Made by a program: the position numbers and the translations under genes. Below are positions 47,775 to 60,309 of a stretch of DNA of 64,000 nucleotides, piece by piece. How positions within the stretch are numbered: position 1 is the stretch's first letter; each line of letters opens with the position of its first letter. This DNA is from an uncultured Actinomycetota bacterium. Its GTDB lineage: Bacteria > Actinomycetota > Actinomycetes > Mycobacteriales > QHCD01. The stretch covers positions 1,176,546 to 1,240,545 of the forward strand of contig CAWINQ010000001.1 in NCBI GenBank assembly GCA_963837545.1, read 5' to 3'. Under the pieces are notes generated by a model. It ran no database searches, was not told where the DNA came from, and saw nothing but the letters and a program-made list of their open reading frames with translations.

Positions 47775-48491
47775 TCAGTGGACGACGACGACCGGAGGGG
47801 TCGACACGTCGTACGTCGTCCCGGGCCGCTTGAGCAGTGCCAGCAGCGCACGCGCCTTGACCACCCCATCGGAAGTGCCGCCCCAGAGCGCGGTCCGGCT
47901 GTGGGTCAGGTTGAGGGTGACATGGGTGCGGTCGGTGGCCGACACGCTCGTCGTGATCGCCCGCAGCGCCACCGGTAGGTGAGCCGCGACGTCGACCGCC
48001 GCCCGCCGCGCCGCACGGGTCGCGTCCGCGGTCGCAAGTTGCGGGAGCCCGGTCGCATGGACGGCCGGGGCGAACCGCATTCCCGAGGCGTCCACCAGCC
48101 ATTTCCGCCCGTCCTGGACGACGTAAGCCACGCCGACCCGTTCGTGGACGGCGATCACGAGCCCGGACGGCCAGTGCCGGCTCACCTCGACCCGAGCGAC
48201 CCGGGGCAGTGCCGCCACCCGCTGCCGCACCGGCGCCGGATCGAACCGCGCCATCGGAACGCCGCTGGGCACCGCCGCCGCGGTGAGCACCTGGGCCCGG
48301 GTGAGTCGGGACAGGCCCGTCACCGTGACGGACCGGACGCTGAACACAGCGGTGAAGAAGACGACGTAGCACCCCGCGACCAGGACCAGCAGTAGCGCGC
48401 CGGCGATCACGAACCGACGGCGGGGCCCGCGCCGACCAGTCGCCTCGGGTCGGCCGATCTCCCGGGACGAGCGGTCGACCAGTGCCCTCAT
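47775..48491 (-). CDS. ftsQ: Cell division protein FtsQ
   Basis: Single TM, POTRA-like domain, ending YDVSTP; between murC and ftsZ. Confidence 0.9.
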   Translation of the reverse strand: MRALVDRSSREIGRPEATGRRGPRRRFVIAGALLLVLVAGCYVVFFTAVFSVRSVTVTGLSRLTRAQVLTAAAVPSGVPMARFDPAPVRQRVAALPRVARVEVSRHWPSGLVIAVHERVGVAYVVQDGRKWLVDASGMRFAPAVHATGLPQLATADATRAARRAAVDVAAHLPVALRAITTSVSATDRTHVTLNLTHSRTALWGGTSDGVVKARALLALLKRPGTTYDVSTPPVVVVH

Positions 48492-49897
48492 GTCGCCCGC
48501 CCGCCCAGCTCGGCGAGTACCTCCGGACCGACCATCGTGACGTCACCGGCGCCCATGGTGACGATCACGTCGCCCGGCCGGGCGGTCGCCGCCAGGGTGG
48601 GCGCGACCGCCGACCACGACGGCTCGAACCGCACCCGCTCGGCCGGCAGCGGTACGGCGGCCGCCACCGACGCACCGGTGACCCCCGGGATCGGGTCTTC
48701 CCGGGCGCCGTAGACCGCCATCACCACGACCTCGTCGGCCAGCCCGAGCGCGGCGCCGAGCTCCGCTCCGAAGGCCTGCGTGCGGCTGTAGAGGTGCGGC
48801 TGGAAGGCCACGACCAACCGGCCGGAGCCGGTCACCACCCGTGCGGCGCGCAGCTGTGCGGCGATCTTGGACGGGGCGTGGGCGTAGTCGTCGTAGACGC
48901 GGACGCCGCCGGCCATCCCCTTGAACTCGAACCGCCGGCGTACGCCGGTGTAGGCCGCGAGACCTGCCACGAGGGCGTCGAGCGGCAGCCCCAGCTGCCG
49001 GCCGGTGAGCAGCGCGGCGGCGGAGTTGAGCGCCATGTGCCGGCCCGCGACACCGATCCGGACCGCGACGGGCGCGGCGTCGTCGAGCACGGCGTCGTAG
49101 CTCGTCGCGTCGGGCATCACCGACACATCGACCAGCCGCAGGTCCGCGTCGTCGGCCTCGCCGTAGGTGCGCACGGTGAGCCCGCCGGCCCGGGCGGTGT
49201 CGGCCAGCCGCCGCCCGCCCGGGTCGTCCACGCAGACCGTCAGGAAGCCGGCGGGATCGATCCGATCCAGGAACTCCTCGAACGCCCGCACGTACGCCAC
49301 CGGGGTGCCGTGCTGGTCGAGGTGGTCGACCTCGACGTTGGTGACCACGGCGGCAGCCGGTGAGAGCAGCAGGAAGGAGCCGTCGCTCTCGTCCGCCTCG
49401 GCGATGAACAGGTCCCCCGAGCCGTGGTGGGCGTTGGACCCGGACTCGTTGAGGTCGCCTCCGATCGCGAACGACGGATCGACGCCGCAGTGCTGCGCGG
49501 CGACGGTGAGCATCGAGGTGGTGGTCGTCTTGCCCGCCGTCCCGGCGACGGCCACGCCTCGCCTCCCGGCCATCACGGCGGCGAGCGCCGCGGCCCGGGG
49601 GATCACCAGCAGCTCACGCCGCCGGGCCTCGAGCAGCTCGGGGTTGTTCGGGCGTATCGCGGTGGAGACGACGACCGTGTCGGCCGTGCCGACGTTGGCC
49701 GCGCGGTGCCCCACATGGACCGTCGCCCCGAGGGCGCGCAGGGCCGCCAGGATCGTGGACTCCTTGGCGTCACTCCCGGACACCGTGTATCCGCGGGCCA
49801 GCATGATGCGGGCGATCCCGCTCATCCCCACCCCGCCGATCCCGACGAAGTGCACCGCCCCCAGGTCGGAACCGCCTGGATTCTCCGGGCCGGTCAC
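48488..49897 (-). CDS. murC: UDP-N-acetylmuramate--L-alanine ligase
   Basis: [31 protein letters not shown] and FQPHLYSRT motifs. Confidence 0.97.
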   Translation of the reverse strand: MTGPENPGGSDLGAVHFVGIGGVGMSGIARIMLARGYTVSGSDAKESTILAALRALGATVHVGHRAANVGTADTVVVSTAIRPNNPELLEARRRELLVIPRAAALAAVMAGRRGVAVAGTAGKTTTTSMLTVAAQHCGVDPSFAIGGDLNESGSNAHHGSGDLFIAEADESDGSFLLLSPAAAVVTNVEVDHLDQHGTPVAYVRAFEEFLDRIDPAGFLTVCVDDPGGRRLADTARAGGLTVRTYGEADDADLRLVDVSVMPDATSYDAVLDDAAPVAVRIGVAGRHMALNSAAALLTGRQLGLPLDALVAGLAAYTGVRRRFEFKGMAGGVRVYDDYAHAPSKIAAQLRAARVVTGSGRLVVAFQPHLYSRTQAFGAELGAALGLADEVVVMAVYGAREDPIPGVTGASVAAAVPLPAERVRFEPSWSAVAPTLAATARPGDVIVTMGAGDVTMVGPEVLAELGGRAT

Positions 49898-50985
49898 CGG
49901 CCTGCCACCTCCACGACGAACCGCGCGAGCGCGACGTCAGCGTCGCGGTGGCCCAGTGCCGCCGCGGCTCGACCCATACTCGCAAGCCGCCCGGGATCGC
50001 GCAGGACCGGGATCAGCGCCGATTCGATCCAGCCCGGCGACAGGTCGGCGTCGTCCACGAGCAGGCCGCCGCCGGCCTGCACCACCGGGAGCGCGTTGAG
50101 CCGCTGCTCACCGTTGCCGATGGGCAGCGGGACATAGGCGGCCGGGAGGCCGACGGCGGTCAGCTCGGCGACGGTGTTCATGCCGGACCGGCACAGCACC
50201 ATGTCGGCGGCGGCGTAGCCGAGGTCCATCGCGTCGAGGAAGGGCAGGACGACGTAGCGCGGGCGGCCGGCCGCGTCGTCGACCGACACGACGTTCTTCG
50301 GGCCGGCGACGTGCACGACCTGCACGCCTGCCTCGCGGAACGCCGCGGCAGCTCCCGCCGCGGCCAGGTTGAGCGACCGGGCCCCCTGCGAGCCGCCGGT
50401 GACGAGCAGTGTCGGCCGGTCCGGGTCGAGCCCGAAGTGGGCGCGGGCCTCGGCCCGCCGGGCCGGCCGGTCCAGGTTGCGGATCGCCGCGCGCAGCGGG
50501 AGCCCGACCACCCGGGCGTGCGGCAGCGCGATCGCCTCGGTGGCCACCGCGACGTGCGGCGTGAGCCGCGCGCCGATCCGGTTGCCGACGCCGGGTTTGA
50601 TGTTGGCTTCGTGCACGATGAACGGCAGCCGGCGCCGACGGGCGGCGAGATAGGCGGGCAGCGCGACGTAGGAGCCGAACCCCACCAGCACGTCGGCCTT
50701 GGCCCGCTCCAGCACGTCGCCGGCGGCGCGCACCGCGGCGGTGACCCGGCCGGGGACGCGCAGCAGGTCGGGGGTGGGCTTGCGCGGCAGCGGTACCGAC
50801 GGGATCAGTTCCAGGTCGTAGCCGTGGGCCGGGATCATCTCGACCTCCAGCCCGCGCGCGGTGCCGAGAGCGGTGATCCGCACGGCGGGGTCGTCCGCGA
50901 CGAGGCGGTCGGCGAGGGCGAGCGCGGGCGAGATGTGTCCCGCCGTGCCTCCCCCGGCGAGTACGACGGACAGCGGGCCGCTCAC
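49894..50985 (-). CDS. murG: Lipid II GlcNAc transferase
   Basis: [18 protein letters not shown] and GNGEQRLNA motifs. Confidence 0.97.
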   Translation of the reverse strand: MSGPLSVVLAGGGTAGHISPALALADRLVADDPAVRITALGTARGLEVEMIPAHGYDLELIPSVPLPRKPTPDLLRVPGRVTAAVRAAGDVLERAKADVLVGFGSYVALPAYLAARRRRLPFIVHEANIKPGVGNRIGARLTPHVAVATEAIALPHARVVGLPLRAAIRNLDRPARRAEARAHFGLDPDRPTLLVTGGSQGARSLNLAAAGAAAAFREAGVQVVHVAGPKNVVSVDDAAGRPRYVVLPFLDAMDLGYAAADMVLCRSGMNTVAELTAVGLPAAYVPLPIGNGEQRLNALPVVQAGGGLLVDDADLSPGWIESALIPVLRDPGRLASMGRAAAALGHRDADVALARFVVEVAGR

Positions 50986-52400
50986 CGGGTCCGGCGTCCT
51001 TCGGTTCCCGTCGCCGGCAGCACGGCTCCGGCCCGGGTGCTCCCCCGGCGCCGCGCCGCGGCCGGCTGCCGCTGCGGCCCGGCGGCGGCCCGGGCGGGCG
51101 CCGCCGCGCGACCCGCCGGCGCCGTGGTGCGGGCCGGGCGGTCGCGGTGGATGCGGGTGACCCCGGGGGTCTTGCCACGCGGTGCCGCCGGCGCGGGCAG
51201 CCAGAGCAGCCGGGCCGTGCGGCTGCGACCCTTCGCCCGCAGTGCCGCGGCGGCGGCCGGCTCGTGCCGGGCGAAGGAGGCCAGCATGCCCAGGGCGAAG
51301 AGGGTGACGATCAGCGAGGTGCCGCCGAAGGAGATCAACGGCAGCGGGATCCCGGTGACGGGGAGCAGGCCCGTGACGTAGCCGATGTTGATCAGGGCCT
51401 GCCCGACCAGCCACACCGTCACTGCGGCGCTGGCGAGCCGGATGAACGGATCCGTCGAGCGACGTGCGATCCGCAGGCCGGCGTAGGCGAGTACGGCGAA
51501 CAGGGCGAGCACGAGCAGGCTCCCGACAAGTCCCAGCTCCTCCCCCACGATCGCGAAGATGTAGTCGGTGTGCGCGTTGGGGAGCAGGCCCCATTTGAAC
51601 CGGCTCTGTCCCAGCCCGACGCCGAACCACCCACCGCTGGACAGCGAGTACAGGCCCTCGGCCGCCTGATAGCCCTTGTCGGTCTGGTCCTTGAAGGGGT
51701 TGAGAAAGCTGGTGAACCGGGTCATGCGGTAGGGCTCGATGAGGATCAGCACCACGACGGCACCGATGGCCGAACTCGCGAGCAGGACGAACAACCGACC
51801 CGGTGCACCGACTGTCCACAGTAGACCGAACAGCACGAGGACGACACATATCGTCGTCCCGAGGTCCGGCTCGAGCATGACGAGTGCGCAGGCGGCGACG
51901 GCCACCGGCACGAGGGGCACGAGCAGATGGCGCCACTGGTCGAGCAACTTCTGCTTGCGTACCAGGAGGTCTGCGCCCCACAGTGCGAGCGCCAACTTGG
52001 CCGGCTCGGACGGCTGCAGCTGCAGCGGACCGAGCTCGATCCACCGGCGTGAGCCGCTCACCAGGTTTCCGACGCCCGGCACGAGGACCGCCAGCAGAGC
52101 GACGAAGGACAGCAGCAGCGCCGGATAAGCCAGTCTCCGATAGGCCTTCGGGGACAGCCGCAGGCCCAGCCAGAAGATCGGGGCACCGATGCCCACCCAC
52201 ATCAGCTGCTTCTTGAAGACGTCGAACGCCGACCCCGTGGCGGCGTAGGAGTCCACACTGGACGCCGAGAGCACCATCACCAGTCCGATCACGGTCAACA
52301 GGCCGGTGATGACGAGGATCAGGTGCAGGGAGGTCAACGGCCGGTCGAGGAAGGTCAACCGGCTGCGGATGGTCGTCCGATCCGACCTGCCCGCCGTCAT
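50982..52400 (-). CDS. ftsW: SEDS peptidoglycan polymerase FtsW
   Basis: [27 protein letters not shown] and LPLISFGG motifs. Confidence 0.96.
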   Translation of the reverse strand: MTAGRSDRTTIRSRLTFLDRPLTSLHLILVITGLLTVIGLVMVLSASSVDSYAATGSAFDVFKKQLMWVGIGAPIFWLGLRLSPKAYRRLAYPALLLSFVALLAVLVPGVGNLVSGSRRWIELGPLQLQPSEPAKLALALWGADLLVRKQKLLDQWRHLLVPLVPVAVAACALVMLEPDLGTTICVVLVLFGLLWTVGAPGRLFVLLASSAIGAVVVLILIEPYRMTRFTSFLNPFKDQTDKGYQAAEGLYSLSSGGWFGVGLGQSRFKWGLLPNAHTDYIFAIVGEELGLVGSLLVLALFAVLAYAGLRIARRSTDPFIRLASAAVTVWLVGQALINIGYVTGLLPVTGIPLPLISFGGTSLIVTLFALGMLASFARHEPAAAAALRAKGRSRTARLLWLPAPAAPRGKTPGVTRIHRDRPARTTAPAGRAAAPARAAAGPQRQPAAARRRGSTRAGAVLPATGTEGRRTR

Positions 52401-53782
52401 GGTGCCTCCAGGCGGCGGACCGCGGCGGCGAACGCCTCGCCACGGGCGGCGTAGTCGGCGAACATGTCCAGCGAGGCCGCGGCCGGGGCGAGCAACACCG
52501 TGTCGCCCGGCCGGGCGAGCAGGGCGGCTCTGGTCACGACCTCCGTCATCGCTCCATCGTCGTCTGCGCCGACCTCGACGACGGGGAGATCTGGCGCGTG
52601 TCGCGCGAATGCCTCGACGAACTGCCGGCGGTCCGCGCCGAGCACGACGACGGCGGTCAGTCGCGGGTGCACCGCCGCGACGAGATCGTCGACCGGCGCG
52701 CCCTTCAGCTGACCGCCGGCGATCCACACCACCCGGTCGTAGGCGGACAGCGACGCGGCAGCGGCGTGCGGGTTGGTCGCCTTGCTGTCGTCGACGTAGG
52801 CGGTTCCGCCGACCACCGCGACCTGCGTGTTGCGGTGCGCTCCGGGAACGAAGCCACGCAGGCCGTTGCGGACGTCGACCGCGGTCACGCCGTAGGCACG
52901 GGCCAGGCACGCGGCGGCCAGCGCGTTGGCCACGTTGTGCGGGCCGATCGGGCGCACGTCCGCAACCCCGGCGAGCACCACGCTCTGCTCGGTGCCGCGG
53001 TCGATCCCGAAGGCCCGGTCGACCAGCTCACCGGCGACGATCCCCACCTGCCCCGGGCCGGGCTCGCCGAGGGTGAAGCCGACGGCGTCGGGGAGCCCGG
53101 CGGCGAGCCGGAGCACCGACGGGTCGTCGGCATTCACCACGTTGGTCGCGTCGTGGCGCAGGATCCGCGCCTTGTCGGCCACGTAGGCCTCGAACGAGCC
53201 ATGCCAGTCGACGTGGTCCGGGGCGAGGTTGAGCACCGCGGCGGCCCGCGGCCGCAGGGACGAACTCCAGTGCAGCTGGGCGCTGGACAGCTCGACGGCC
53301 AGGACGTCGTACGGCGGGTCGGCCAGGACGGCGTCGACCACCGGGAAGCCGACATTGCCGGTCGCGACCGCACGCAGGCCGGCGGCCCGCAGGATCGCCT
53401 CGAGCATGCCGACGGTGGTGGTCTTGCCGTTCGTCCCGGTCAGCGCGAGCCAGGGCGCGGCGTCGGCCGATCGCATCCGCCAGGCGAGCTCGACGTCCCC
53501 GATCACCTCGATGCCGGCGTCGGCGGCCGCACGCAGCATCGGGTGGTCCGGCCGCAGGCCCGGCGAGGTCACGACGAGCTTGGTTCCGTCGGGCGGCGCG
53601 GGCGGCTCCGGGAGTACGGCGATTCCGGCGGCCCCGAGCCGTCCGGTGGGGTCCGTGCCCCGCCGGTCGACGACGGTGACATCCGCCCCGGCCCGGGCCA
53701 GGGCAACGGCGGCCGCCGCCCCCGACACCCCCGCTCCGGCGACCAGCACCGGTGTCCCGACGTAGTCCGTCGGGCCGCTCAT
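52397..53782 (-). CDS. murD: UDP-MurNAc-L-Ala--D-glutamate ligase
   Basis: [27 protein letters not shown] and LLAPAAAS motifs. Confidence 0.96.
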   Translation of the reverse strand: MSGPTDYVGTPVLVAGAGVSGAAAAVALARAGADVTVVDRRGTDPTGRLGAAGIAVLPEPPAPPDGTKLVVTSPGLRPDHPMLRAAADAGIEVIGDVELAWRMRSADAAPWLALTGTNGKTTTVGMLEAILRAAGLRAVATGNVGFPVVDAVLADPPYDVLAVELSSAQLHWSSSLRPRAAAVLNLAPDHVDWHGSFEAYVADKARILRHDATNVVNADDPSVLRLAAGLPDAVGFTLGEPGPGQVGIVAGELVDRAFGIDRGTEQSVVLAGVADVRPIGPHNVANALAAACLARAYGVTAVDVRNGLRGFVPGAHRNTQVAVVGGTAYVDDSKATNPHAAAASLSAYDRVVWIAGGQLKGAPVDDLVAAVHPRLTAVVVLGADRRQFVEAFARHAPDLPVVEVGADDDGAMTEVVTRAALLARPGDTVLLAPAAASLDMFADYAARGEAFAAAVRRLEAP

Positions 53783-54864
53783 CCGGGCAACCCGTAGGAG
53801 ATGAACTCGGCGTAGAAGAGCCCCATCCCGAAGGCCACGGCCAGTCCGGTGATGATCCAGAACCGCACGATGACCGTCATCTCCTGCCACCCGGCGAGCT
53901 CGAAGTGGTGGTGGATGGGCGCCATGTTGAACACCCGTCTTCGGGTCGCCTTGAACACCGCGACCTGCAGTGCCACGGACAGCGTCTCGACGACGAAGAG
54001 CCCGCCGAGGACGACGAGCAGCAGTTCGGTACGGGACAGCACGGCGATCCCGGCCAGCAGTCCGCCGAGCGCCAGCGAACCGGTGTCACCCATGATGATC
54101 CGGGCCGGGTAGGCGTTCCACCACAGGAAGCCGAAGCACGCACCCATCGCGGCCGCCGCGACCAGGGCGATGTCGAGCGGGTCGCGGACGACGTAACAGC
54201 CCGCCTTGGCGCCGACGACTCCGCAGGCGTTGCGGAACTGGTAGAAGCTGATGACGACGTAGGCACCGAGCACCATCACCGAGGAGCCAGCCGCCAGCCC
54301 GTCGAGTCCGTCGGTGAGGTTGACCGCGTTGGAGAAGCCGCTGATCAGCAGGACGGCGAACACGACGAAACCGACCGAGCCGAAGCTGATCACGGCGATG
54401 TCGCGGACGAACGAGAGATGCACCGAGGCCGGGGCGATATGGCCGTGGCTGTGGAACTGCAGGGCCAGGACGGCGAAGCTCACCGCCGCGAAGAGCTGGC
54501 CGACGAGTTTCGTCGTGGTGTTCAGGCCCAGGCTGCGCTGTTTGCGCACCTTGATGAAGTCGTCGAGGAACCCGACCAGGCCGAGCACGACCATGAGGTA
54601 GAGCACGAGCAGTCCCGACGCGGTGGGCCCGCGACCGGACTGGGTGGCGACGACGAGGTGCGACACGGTGTAGCCCAGGACCGTGCCGAGGATGATCACG
54701 GCGCCGCCCATGGTGGGCGTGCCGCGCTTGGCAAGGTGGGTCTGCGGGCCGTCGTCGCGGATCTCCTGGCCGAAGCCGCGGCGCCGGAAGAGCTTGATGG
54801 CACCCGGGGTGCACAGGATCGAGACCACGAGCGACACCAGAGCGGCGACGAGCACCGACTTCAC
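53779..54864 (-). CDS. mraY: Phospho-MurNAc-pentapeptide transferase
   Basis: [30 protein letters not shown] and APIHHHFE motifs. Confidence 0.97.
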   Translation of the reverse strand: MKSVLVAALVSLVVSILCTPGAIKLFRRRGFGQEIRDDGPQTHLAKRGTPTMGGAVIILGTVLGYTVSHLVVATQSGRGPTASGLLVLYLMVVLGLVGFLDDFIKVRKQRSLGLNTTTKLVGQLFAAVSFAVLALQFHSHGHIAPASVHLSFVRDIAVISFGSVGFVVFAVLLISGFSNAVNLTDGLDGLAAGSSVMVLGAYVVISFYQFRNACGVVGAKAGCYVVRDPLDIALVAAAAMGACFGFLWWNAYPARIIMGDTGSLALGGLLAGIAVLSRTELLLVVLGGLFVVETLSVALQVAVFKATRRRVFNMAPIHHHFELAGWQEMTVIVRFWIITGLAVAFGMGLFYAEFISYGLPG

Positions 54865-56291
54865 CGACGCTCCTCCGCATCGCTCGGGCCCGCCTGGGCC
54901 GCGGCGGAATCGGCCATCGCCAGGGCGACGCGTTCGAGCCGGGCCGATCGCGAGGCCTTCACCAACACGACGTCACCCGGCCGCGACTCCCGGCCGAGCA
55001 GCGCGATGGCAGCGCCGACATCCGGCACGAGCACCGACTCCCCTCTCCACGATCCGTCCTGGACCGCCCCGTCGTGCATCGGCGCGGCCTCCGCGCCGAC
55101 GACGAGCAGGCGCTCGATCCCGAGCCGTGCCACGAGCCGCCCGACCGTGTCGTGCGCGGCCGGCGCCTCCTCCCCGAGCTCGGCCATCGGACCGAGCACA
55201 GCCCACCCGCGGCGTCCCCGGGAGAGCGTGGCGAGTGTTTCCAACGCCACCCGCATCGACTCCGGGTTGGCGTTGTAGGCGTCGTTGACGATAGTCACCC
55301 CGTCGGGACGCTCGATCACCTCCATCCGCCAGTGACTCGCCGGACCGGTTTCGGCGAGCACCTCGGCGATCTCCGGCCAGCCGAGACCGAGCTCGCGGGC
55401 GACCGCGGCGGCGGCGAGACTGTTGGCGACCTGGTGCCGCCCGACGAGCGCCAGCCGGATGGCGACCCTGTCGTTCCCGCTGATCAGCTGGTAGCTCACC
55501 CGGCCGCCGGCATCGACCTGCACGTCGACGGCACGGAGGTCGGCCTGCGGCGACTCCCCGACGGTGACGACGCGCGCGGCGGTCCGGTCGCGCATGCCGG
55601 CGACGAGCGGATCGTCGGCGTTCAGGACGGCCACGCCACCCTTGCTCGCCTCGGGTAGTGCCTCGACGAGCTCGCCCTTGGCCTGCGCGATGGCCGCCCG
55701 GGACCCGAACTCGCCGAGGTGGGCGCTGCCGACGTTGAGCACGACGCCGATGCCGGGCCGGGCGATGCGGCAGAGCGCGGCGATGTGGCCGCGGCCGCGG
55801 GCGCTGTTCTCCAGCACCAGGAACCGGGTGTCCACAGTGGACCGGAGGACGGTGTAAGGGTGCCCGAGTTCGTTGTTGAACGACCCGGGTGGCGCGACGG
55901 TCGGGCCGAGACGCCGCAGCAGTGCGGCGACGACGTCCTTCGTCGTCGTCTTGCCGGCCGAGCCGGTGATGCCGACCACCGTCACTTCGGGGAGCCGGTC
56001 CAGGACGGTCTTCGCGAGCGCCGCGAGGGCCGCGAAGGGCTCGGTGACGAGGACGGTCGGGACGCCGACCGCCCGGGTCGCCAGCACGCCCACCGCGCCG
56101 CGTTCCACCGCCGTTGCGGCGAAGTCGTGGCCGTCCACGCGCTCTCCGGCGAGCGCGACGAACAGGCCGCCGGGGCCGATCTCGCGGGAGTCGAACTCGA
56201 CGGATCCGGTGACTTCGACCTGGTCGTCGGGTACGTCGACGAGCGTCCCGCCGACCGCGTCGGCGATCTCGGCGAGGGTGAGCGCGATCAT
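54861..56291 (-). CDS. murF: UDP-MurNAc-tripeptide--D-Ala-D-Ala ligase
   Basis: [27 protein letters not shown] and LVKASR motifs. Confidence 0.96.
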   Translation of the reverse strand: MIALTLAEIADAVGGTLVDVPDDQVEVTGSVEFDSREIGPGGLFVALAGERVDGHDFAATAVERGAVGVLATRAVGVPTVLVTEPFAALAALAKTVLDRLPEVTVVGITGSAGKTTTKDVVAALLRRLGPTVAPPGSFNNELGHPYTVLRSTVDTRFLVLENSARGRGHIAALCRIARPGIGVVLNVGSAHLGEFGSRAAIAQAKGELVEALPEASKGGVAVLNADDPLVAGMRDRTAARVVTVGESPQADLRAVDVQVDAGGRVSYQLISGNDRVAIRLALVGRHQVANSLAAAAVARELGLGWPEIAEVLAETGPASHWRMEVIERPDGVTIVNDAYNANPESMRVALETLATLSRGRRGWAVLGPMAELGEEAPAAHDTVGRLVARLGIERLLVVGAEAAPMHDGAVQDGSWRGESVLVPDVGAAIALLGRESRPGDVVLVKASRSARLERVALAMADSAAAQAGPSDAEERR

Positions 56292-57826
56292 CGGGCGTCC
56301 GCCCGGATAGCGTCCCGGAGCACGCAGCGATCGTCGAAGGGCCGGATCTCGCCGGCGATCTCCTGGCCCTGCTCATGGCCCTTCCCGGCGACGACGACGG
56401 TGTCGCCGGGTCCGGCCTGCCGGACCGCCTCGGCGATCGCGTCGGCGCGCCCGGCGATGGTGAGCCAGTGCGCACCGGGAACCCGGCGTACGCCGTCCTC
56501 CATCGCGGCACGGATCGTCGCCGGATCCTCCGAGCGCGGGTTGTCGTCGGTCACGATCACCAGGTCGGCACCGCGCGCGGCCGCCTCCCCCATGAGCGGG
56601 CGCTTGCCGCGGTCGCGGTCGCCGCCGCAACCGAGCACGATGATCAACCGGCCGGTGGTCAGGGGACGCACCGCCTCGAGGATCGCGGCGACGGCGCCGG
56701 GTTTGTGGGCGTAGTCGACGAACGCCAGGTACGTCTGGCCGGCGTCCACCCGCTCCAGCCGGCCCGGAACGGTGACGTGCCGCAACCCCGGAGCCGCCCG
56801 GGCCGGGTCGACGCCGGCCGCGGCGACGGCGGCCAGTGCGAGCAGGGCGTTGGCGACGTTGAACGCTCCGGGCAGGTCCAGCGCGACGTCGACCCGGACT
56901 CCGCCGGGGCCCTCGGCGGTGAACGTGGTGCCCCGGCCGGCGGTCGACTGCACCTGCACGGCCCGCCAGGCGGCACCGGGATCCCCGCCGGGAGACGCCG
57001 TGACGGTCGTGTCCCGGACCAGACGCCGGCCCCACGGGTCGTCGGTGTTGACCACCTCGGCCGCGCACCGGCCGTCGAACAACCGCGCCTTGGCCGCGAA
57101 GTAGTCCTCCATGTCGGCATGGAAGTCGAGATGGTCTTGGCTGAGGTTGGTGAAGACGCCGACCGCGAACCGGGTGCCGTCCACCCGGCCGAGGGCCAGC
57201 GCGTGGCTGGAGACCTCCATCACCGCGGCGGTCACCCCGCGTTCGCGCATGGTGGCGAACAGCGCCTGCAGCTCGGGCGCCTCGGGGGTGGTGCGGATGC
57301 TCTTGACGACGTCGCCGCCGATCCGGGTCTCCACCGTCCCCAGGAGTCCGGTGGACTCCCCCGCGGCGCGAAGCCCCGCCTCGACGAGGTAGGCGGTGGT
57401 CGTCTTCCCGTTGGTCCCTGTGATCCCGATGAGGGCGATCGACTCCGCCGGGTCGTCGTAGATCCAGACGGCGACGGTGCCGAGAACCGCCCGCGGGTCG
57501 TCGACCACGAGGGTCGCGACACCGGCCGCCCGCGCCCGGTCGCGGCCGGCCGGGTCGGTGAGCACGGCGACCGCACCCCGGGCGACCGCCTCGGCGGCGA
57601 AGTCGGCTCCGTGCGCGCTGGCGCCGGCCCGGGCGACGTAGAGATCGCCGGGACGCACCGTCTGCGCGGCGTGCGCGACGCCGGTGAGTCGGACCGGCTC
57701 CGGCGACGTCGGGTCGACCCCGGTCCCGATCTCCGCCTCGACCCCCAGGAGGGCGGCAAGATCCGCAAGCAGGTGCGCCCGCGGATGTGCGGGCCGCGGC
57801 GGGTGGGACGCGGACACGACAGGCAA
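56288..57826 (-). CDS. murE: UDP-MurNAc-dipeptide--DAP ligase
   Basis: [32 protein letters not shown] (DAP-type) and AGKGHE motifs. Confidence 0.96.
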   Translation of the reverse strand: MPVVSASHPPRPAHPRAHLLADLAALLGVEAEIGTGVDPTSPEPVRLTGVAHAAQTVRPGDLYVARAGASAHGADFAAEAVARGAVAVLTDPAGRDRARAAGVATLVVDDPRAVLGTVAVWIYDDPAESIALIGITGTNGKTTTAYLVEAGLRAAGESTGLLGTVETRIGGDVVKSIRTTPEAPELQALFATMRERGVTAAVMEVSSHALALGRVDGTRFAVGVFTNLSQDHLDFHADMEDYFAAKARLFDGRCAAEVVNTDDPWGRRLVRDTTVTASPGGDPGAAWRAVQVQSTAGRGTTFTAEGPGGVRVDVALDLPGAFNVANALLALAAVAAAGVDPARAAPGLRHVTVPGRLERVDAGQTYLAFVDYAHKPGAVAAILEAVRPLTTGRLIIVLGCGGDRDRGKRPLMGEAAARGADLVIVTDDNPRSEDPATIRAAMEDGVRRVPGAHWLTIAGRADAIAEAVRQAGPGDTVVVAGKGHEQGQEIAGEIRPFDDRCVLRDAIRADAR

Positions 57827-57835
57827 GGCTACCGG

Positions 57836-59755
57836 TCAGGGCGCGAACAGGGGCAGCTGTGCAGGTGCCGCCCCGGTCGGCGGTACGTCGCCCTGCTTCA
57901 GCGCGTAGCTCATCACCTCGTGGAACAGCGGCGCGGCCACGTCCCCACCGAGGTAGTCCGTCTGCGGGCTGTCGACCATGATCGACATGACGTAGCGGGG
58001 GTGATCTGCCGGGGCCATTCCGGCGAACGTCGACCAGTAGCCGCCGCCCTCGTAGCAGTTGCAGGCCGGGTTCGGCTTCTGTCCGGTTCCGGTCTTGCCG
58101 GCGGTGGTGTAGCCCGCGATCGCGGCCTTCGGTGCGGTGCCGCCGTCCTGGGTGACCATCTGCAGCATCTGTCGCAGCGTCCGTGCGGTCCGGGCACTGA
58201 CGACCCGCACCGGCTTGCCCGGCACGGACTTCGTCACCGACCCGGTCGGCCCGATCACCTTTTCGACGACGTGCGGCGGGATCCGGACGCCGTCGTTGGC
58301 GATGGCCTGGTACATCCCGGCGAGCTGCAGGCTGGTCACCGCGACCCCCTGCCCGATCGGCAGGTTGCCGAACGTGCTGCCCGACCAGTCCTTCATCGGG
58401 GGGAGGATGCCGGCACTCTCGGCGGGCAGGGCAACCCCGGTGGTCGATCCCTCACCGAACTTCTTCGCATAGGAGTCCCAGACCTTCGGGCCGAGCTTGT
58501 TGGCGATCATCAGGGTGCCGACGTTGCTCGACTTGGCCAGGACTCCGGTCGCGGTCCAGCCGACCGGGTCGTGCACCCAGTCGTCGTGGATGGTGCGGTC
58601 GGCGACCTGGATGGTCCCGGGCACGGTCATCGGGGTTTTCGGCGTGATGAGACCGCGCTGGAGTGCCGCGGCGAAGGTGATCACCTTGTTGGCCGAGCCC
58701 GGCTCGAACACGCTTGAGACGTTGGGGTTGGACAGGTCCTGCGGGGTGCGGCCGGGGTCGGACGCGTCGTAGGTCGGGTCGGCGGCCATCGCCTTGATCG
58801 CACCGGTCTTGGCGTCGAGGATGGTGATCTGTCCGTCCTTGGCGCCGGTCGAGTGCACCGCCTGGTCGAGCGCCTTCTGGGCGACGTACTGCAGATCCTG
58901 CGAGATCGTCAGTTGCACGGTGGACCCGGGCACCGCCGGGTCGTCCTTGTGCACGCCGGAGGGGATGACCTCGCCGCCCGCGCCCTTCATCACGGTCAGC
59001 CGGCCCGGTGTGCCGGCGAGCTTGCCGTCCAGACTGCTTTCGATGCCGGCCTGTCCGTGCCCGTCGCGGTCGGTGAATCCGACGACGTTCGCGGCGATGT
59101 CGTGCGCCGGGTGCAGCCGTTGCGACTCGGGGAGCACATTGATCCCGGGCAGGGCGAGGTCCATGACCTTGGTCGCGGTCTGCGGAGTCTGCGACCGGGC
59201 GAGGTAGACAAACCGCCCCTTGTGGCTGAGCTTGTCCTGCAGATCGCCGACGCGCTGCTTCAGCAGCGGAGCCAGTGCCTGCGCCGTGAGCAGGGGCGAC
59301 GTCACCTCGCTGGGGTCGGCGTAGATCGCTCGTGCGTCGACGCTGTAGGCGAGGACCCCGCCGTTCGCGTCGACGATGCGGCCGCGCTCGGGCTCCAGGT
59401 CGGTGGTCATCGTGCGCCGCTGCTCGGCGGCGGCCGCGAGACCGGTGCCGTCGAGCCCCTGCAACTGCACCAGCCGGCCACCGAGGATGAGCACCACGGT
59501 CGCGACGGCGGCGAACCCGACGGTGAGCCGGCGACGGCTGCTGCCGAGCCGGAGCGTGCGCCGGCGCCGGGCCGGCCGGCTCGTCCGGGTCGGCCGGCCG
59601 GTGCGGGTCGGCTGGCTCGTCCGGGCCGTCCGGCCCGTCCGGGCCGGTTGCGACGTCCGGGCGCCTGCCGCGCGACCCCGCGGCGGGGTGGCGGCCCGGG
59701 TTGTGCCGGCGCGCCCACCGGACGAGCGGGGACGGCGGGGCGGTTCCGGTGTCAC
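57836..59755 (-). CDS. ftsI: Division transpeptidase FtsI/PBP3
   Basis: RGRIVD, EPGSANK (SxxK), SSN and KTG motifs. Confidence 0.95.
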   Translation of the reverse strand: MTPEPPRRPRSSGGRAGTTRAATPPRGRAAGARTSQPARTGRTARTSQPTRTGRPTRTSRPARRRRTLRLGSSRRRLTVGFAAVATVVLILGGRLVQLQGLDGTGLAAAAEQRRTMTTDLEPERGRIVDANGGVLAYSVDARAIYADPSEVTSPLLTAQALAPLLKQRVGDLQDKLSHKGRFVYLARSQTPQTATKVMDLALPGINVLPESQRLHPAHDIAANVVGFTDRDGHGQAGIESSLDGKLAGTPGRLTVMKGAGGEVIPSGVHKDDPAVPGSTVQLTISQDLQYVAQKALDQAVHSTGAKDGQITILDAKTGAIKAMAADPTYDASDPGRTPQDLSNPNVSSVFEPGSANKVITFAAALQRGLITPKTPMTVPGTIQVADRTIHDDWVHDPVGWTATGVLAKSSNVGTLMIANKLGPKVWDSYAKKFGEGSTTGVALPAESAGILPPMKDWSGSTFGNLPIGQGVAVTSLQLAGMYQAIANDGVRIPPHVVEKVIGPTGSVTKSVPGKPVRVVSARTARTLRQMLQMVTQDGGTAPKAAIAGYTTAGKTGTGQKPNPACNCYEGGGYWSTFAGMAPADHPRYVMSIMVDSPQTDYLGGDVAAPLFHEVMSYALKQGDVPPTGAAPAQLPLFAP

Positions 59756-60309
59756 CGATGGCCTCCACGGGTGGCGTGCGCGGTCGGGTGCGGGGCGCCG
59801 GCCGGGTGGGCGGGTGTGCCCGTCCCCCGGTGCGTCTGGTGCTGCTTCGGCTTCGGCGTGCTCGTGGCCGGCGGCGGGGGTGGGGGCGGGGGCTCGGTCG
59901 CCGGGGCCGGCGTGCCGAGCACCTTGGCCGAACCGCCCGGCAGGAGGACCAGGAAGGCGGGATCACCGCCGGGCACCATGCCGAGCCGGCGCGCCGCGCT
60001 CGACAGGGATTGCGGGGTGTCCAGCGCATCGACCTCCTGGGAGAGCTGCTGCTGCCGGAGGGTCAGCTCGTCGTTGCGCTGCTGCAGGGAGCTCTGCCGG
60101 AACGACGCGCCGGCGTTCGCCGTATTGATCAGGAGCACCAGCACGAGGCCGGCGACCAGCAGTGCGACGACGAGCACGGCGAACGGTTTGCGCGGTGCCC
60201 CCGAGGACGGAGGCAGCGCGCTCGCGAATGATCGGCGTCCCGCCACGGGAGGGGTGTCGGCGGACGGCCGGACGCGGGCCGACCGGGCGCCGGCCGCCGG
60301 GGTCTTCAC
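59752..60309 (-). CDS. ftsL: FtsL-like cell division protein
   Basis: Single TM, coiled coil, ARRLGMVP; between rsmH and ftsI. Confidence 0.78.
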   Translation of the reverse strand: MKTPAAGARSARVRPSADTPPVAGRRSFASALPPSSGAPRKPFAVLVVALLVAGLVLVLLINTANAGASFRQSSLQQRNDELTLRQQQLSQEVDALDTPQSLSSAARRLGMVPGGDPAFLVLLPGGSAKVLGTPAPATEPPPPPPPPATSTPKPKQHQTHRGTGTPAHPAGAPHPTAHATRGGHR